NCBI GenBank assembly: GCA_000004985.1
Contig: GG739409.1
Source: Naegleria gruberi
Lineage: Eukaryota
DNA: 1,478 nt
Reading direction: 5' to 3' (one strand)
A program made the position numbers and the translations under genes. Under the pieces are notes generated by a model, which was not told where the DNA came from, ran no database searches, and saw only the letters and a program-made list of their open reading frames with translations. Every line of letters starts with the position of its first letter. Within the stretch, counting starts at the first letter, position 1. Shown here in pieces: positions 1 to 1,478 of this stretch.

Positions 1-171
1 TTCTCTGTGCATGGGATGAATCGTTATAATTTAACCAATTCATTGAATTGCTGATCTTTACATTATAAATTTAAAATAATCTGTATGGAATGGATCCACT
101 AATCTCTTGTTGCATCACCATTTGAATCTCCATAGGAAAAGGTTAAAATCTCTTCATCATTAAGAGAGTTG

Positions 172-414
172 TTATATTTTTTTTAAGGCGCGAAATTCTT
201 TTTCGCAAGTTGTATAATTCTGGAATGTTTCTAGTTGATGTACACAAATCATTGTACTATCCATGGAAGGAGACCTTGAAAATGACGAGTATAAGATAAG
301 CTGTAGTGACACAATCAGGATGTGCTCAATACTCTCCATAGAATAACTAACAGTATGGTTTCATGAAATGGAATGTGGACTTCACTTGCAATATGCTGGT
401 CATCAAAACTGCAT
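172..414 (-). CDS. Candidate small ORF downstream on the same strand and in the same frame (80 aa if TGA is sense). Under the standard code it is the 55-aa ORF MESIEHIL...KKI spanning 172..339.
   Basis: Minus-strand frame identical to the main gene. ATG at 412-414, with a GTG just upstream at 415-417. It reads MQF-TGA-TGA-PAYCK-TGA-SPHSIS-TGA-NHTVSYSMESIEHILIVSLQLILYSSFSRSPSMDSTMICVHQLETFQNYTTCEKEFRALKKI, then TAA at 172-174. There are about 100 codons with no TAA or TAG between the TAA near 469-471 and the TAA at 172-174, which is unlikely by chance in this composition. Five in-frame TGA fall in the first 30 codons. It falls below the ORF-track length threshold under the standard code. The content is weakly protein-like. 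Confidence 0.22.
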
Positions 415-495
415 CACGTCTTGTGTTGGGGTGCTTCACTTTAAGTGTTTATTAAGGTAAGGTTCATTTTACGGAGTGCGTTGTTATACAGGGTC

Positions 496-1314
496 TTAAA
501 CCTATACACAAAAAAAATACAAAAACATTCAATCGTTAACATCATCGTTGTGATGTTCAAGAAGGCTAGCGTGATGACGACTTTGCCATTTAGAAGCGGT
601 AATGCCAAGATCAACAGCATAGGACAAGATACGGAATGCCATATTCATTTGAATTGTTTTTAGAGTTCCACCTTCATCATCCTTAAACTTCTTCTCATTT
701 TCATCACTGGTGCTGACCATTGGAAAAACTTGAATGTTGAGGTAATTAATTTCTGGATTTCTTCAAACTCTGGACTCTGAAAGCCCTGCTAACAACTGAC
801 CTTCATATTTAACAGTTTCGAAGGTGGATCCGTCCAATTCAAGATAACACCTGAAAAACCCAAATAACGACTGGAATAATTGTCAAATTTGGTTATCACG
901 AACATTATTCTAATTGATTTTCTTGAATTCTTCAATTGATTTGACATGGGCAACATCTATTGTAAAGATAACCAACTGAATTCTATTCTCTTCATCGTGG
1001 TTGTCTCGAATGTCATTTACTAGAAATGGTTTTGTTGGATAAATAAGGCCCATGAATAAGTATTCAAAAAATCTTGGTAGGTTCTTTTTGAATCACAACT
1101 TCCATAAACGAATGTTACCATTTTCAAAGTGAATAGTTTCAACCTCTGTTTTCTTAATAATAGAGTTGAGAGAGTCACCAGACTTGAAGAGTTGACCAGA
1201 ATGAAAACTACTGTTACAATTCAATGCTTCGTAGAAGGTATTGAGTAGGCTGGTTTTACCAGCACCCAAAGCAGCTAAACAAATAATGTTCAAGGAAGCA
1301 AAGTGATCTGCCAT
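496..1314 (-). CDS. P-loop NTPase-like protein, 272 codons including the TAA terminator. The continuous reading frame requires TGA (x4) and probably TAG (x1-2) to be read as sense codons. Standard-code fragments of this frame are the ORF-track entries 1093..1338(-) and 529..720(-).
   Basis: Manual translation of the minus strand in one frame. 1314->1096 reads MADHFASLNIICLAALGAGKTSLLNTFYEALNCNSSFHSGQLFKSGDSLNSIIKKTEVETIHFENGNIRLWKL, then TGA. 1092->913 reads FKKNLPRFFEYLFMGLIYPTKPFLVNDIRDNHDEENRIQLVIFTIDVAHVKSIEEFKKIN, then TAG at 910-912. 909->886 reads NNVRDNQI, then TGA at 883-885. 882->766 reads QLFQSLFGFFRCYLELDGSTFETVKYEGQLLAGLSESRV, then TGA at 763-765. 762->532 reads RNPEINYLNIQVFPMVSTSDENEKKFKDDEGGTLKTIQMNMAFRILSYAVDLGITASKWQSRHHASLLEHHNDDVND, then TGA at 529-531. 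528->505 reads MFLYFFCV, then TAG (502-504), GTT, TAA (496-498). There is no in-frame TAA across these 272 codons in AT-rich DNA, and TAA recurs about every 20 codons immediately downstream. Walker A motif A-x4-GKT-S (AALGAGKTS) sits near the N-terminus. Third codon positions are T-rich, consistent with real coding. Start context is aagaaaATGG (A at -3, G at +4) with no obvious Shine-Dalgarno. The ORF track's initial M at 1338 is actually TTG (Leu), so I place the start at the ATG at 1312-1314. If TAG is a genuine stop, the gene would instead be 910..1314 (134 aa) followed by a second same-frame ORF. Confidence 0.55.
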
Positions 1315-1478
1315 TTTCTTATTAATCTGATTAAGCAAACGGTTTCACGTCCTGTCCAACGTAGATAATGAAATCCATAGGAATTGCACAGTCAGATAAC
1401 AATCTAGTTAGCCTTAAGATATGGATTGGATAAATAAACAATAAACAGCCAGGAAATGGAGACATGACTCTACCAAGA

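Noticed and set aside
85-96. Short direct repeats tggaatgga (85-93) and tggattgga (1422-1430), and two GGATCC sites (91-96, 825-830).
   Set aside because: These are too short and too few to be terminal repeats of a mobile element or CRISPR repeats. No spacer periodicity and no target-site duplication are evident.
1-171. Searched both strands for further genes, tRNA-like cloverleafs or repeats at the 5' end of the window.
   Set aside because: All frames are broken by frequent TAA, TAG or TGA with no stretch longer than about 30 codons. No tRNA-like acceptor and T-arm pairing is recognisable. Treated as non-coding spacer.
190-206. Short inverted repeat GCGAAA-ttctt-TTTCGC (6-bp stem) next to a T8 run at 177-184. 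Checked as a possible intrinsic terminator.
   Set aside because: The T-run precedes the hairpin on the + strand and becomes an A-run after it on the - strand. Neither orientation gives a hairpin followed by a U-tract. The stem is only 6 bp. It also lies inside the candidate 172..414 ORF (encoding ...EKEFRALKKI).
210-300. Plus-strand TGTATAAT (211-218, extended -10-like), then a perfect AAGGAG (266-271) placed 10 nt before an ATG (282-284).
   Set aside because: The ATG opens only a 5-codon ORF (MTSIR*). The neighbouring ATG at 263 gives 27 codons. No -35 element is discernible. TATAAT-like strings are expected by chance in AT-rich DNA, and tcgttataat at 22-30 is another. Not enough to call a promoter or leader peptide.
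445-663. Plus-strand 72-aa ORF (MFIKVRFILRS...HLNCF) from the ORF track.
   Set aside because: It lies entirely antisense to the 3' part of the long minus-strand frame (496-720), which is part of a 272-codon coherent reading frame with a P-loop protein. It has a low-complexity start encoded by the A-run at 506-528. Most likely a shadow ORF. Both strands being open over 529-663 is noted but I consider the minus strand the real coding strand.
851-1099. A possible spliceosomal intron, with a donor-like gttgtg near 1094-1099 and TTTTTCAG acceptors at 851-858 and 869-879 on the minus strand. This was an alternative explanation for the in-frame stops.
   Set aside because: The supposed intron (1092->913) translates in the same frame as the flanking 'exons' into stop-free protein-like sequence (FKKNLPRFFEY...LVIFTIDVAHVKSIEEFKKIN). 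Splicing would not explain why every segment stays in one frame with zero TAA. Stop-codon reassignment explains all segments at once.

Overview
The window is AT-rich DNA, roughly one-third G+C by eye. A standard-code six-frame scan finds only three short ORFs, but two of them lie on the minus strand in the same reading frame (1093..1338 and 529..720). Reading that frame by hand from the ATG at 1312-1314 down to the first TAA at 496-498 gives 272 codons of protein-like sequence. It is interrupted only by four in-frame TGA codons (1093-1095, 883-885, 763-765, 529-531) and two in-frame TAG codons (910-912, 502-504). There is no in-frame TAA in those 272 codons. Below the TAA at 496-498 the same frame contains about eight TAA in roughly 165 codons, so the coding signal stops there. 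The most economical reading is one minus-strand gene from a genome or element that decodes TGA, and perhaps TAG, as a sense codon. Candidates are code 4 (TGA=Trp), code 25 (TGA=Gly), euplotid TGA=Cys, Blastocrithidia or karyorelictid-type all-stop reassignment, or a recoded phage. The alternative is a pseudogene with five or six nonsense changes and no frameshift, which I consider less likely. The N-terminus carries a clear Walker A P-loop (LAALGAGKTSLLNTF) followed by a beta-strand-like NIRLW, but no DxxG or NKxD GTPase motifs follow. I call it a P-loop NTPase-like protein of unassigned family. A weaker second stop-free stretch (172..414, minus strand, same frame, five in-frame TGA) may be a small downstream gene. 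I found no RNA genes, CRISPR arrays, mobile-element ends or convincing terminators. All calls rest on manual translation. No database search was possible.
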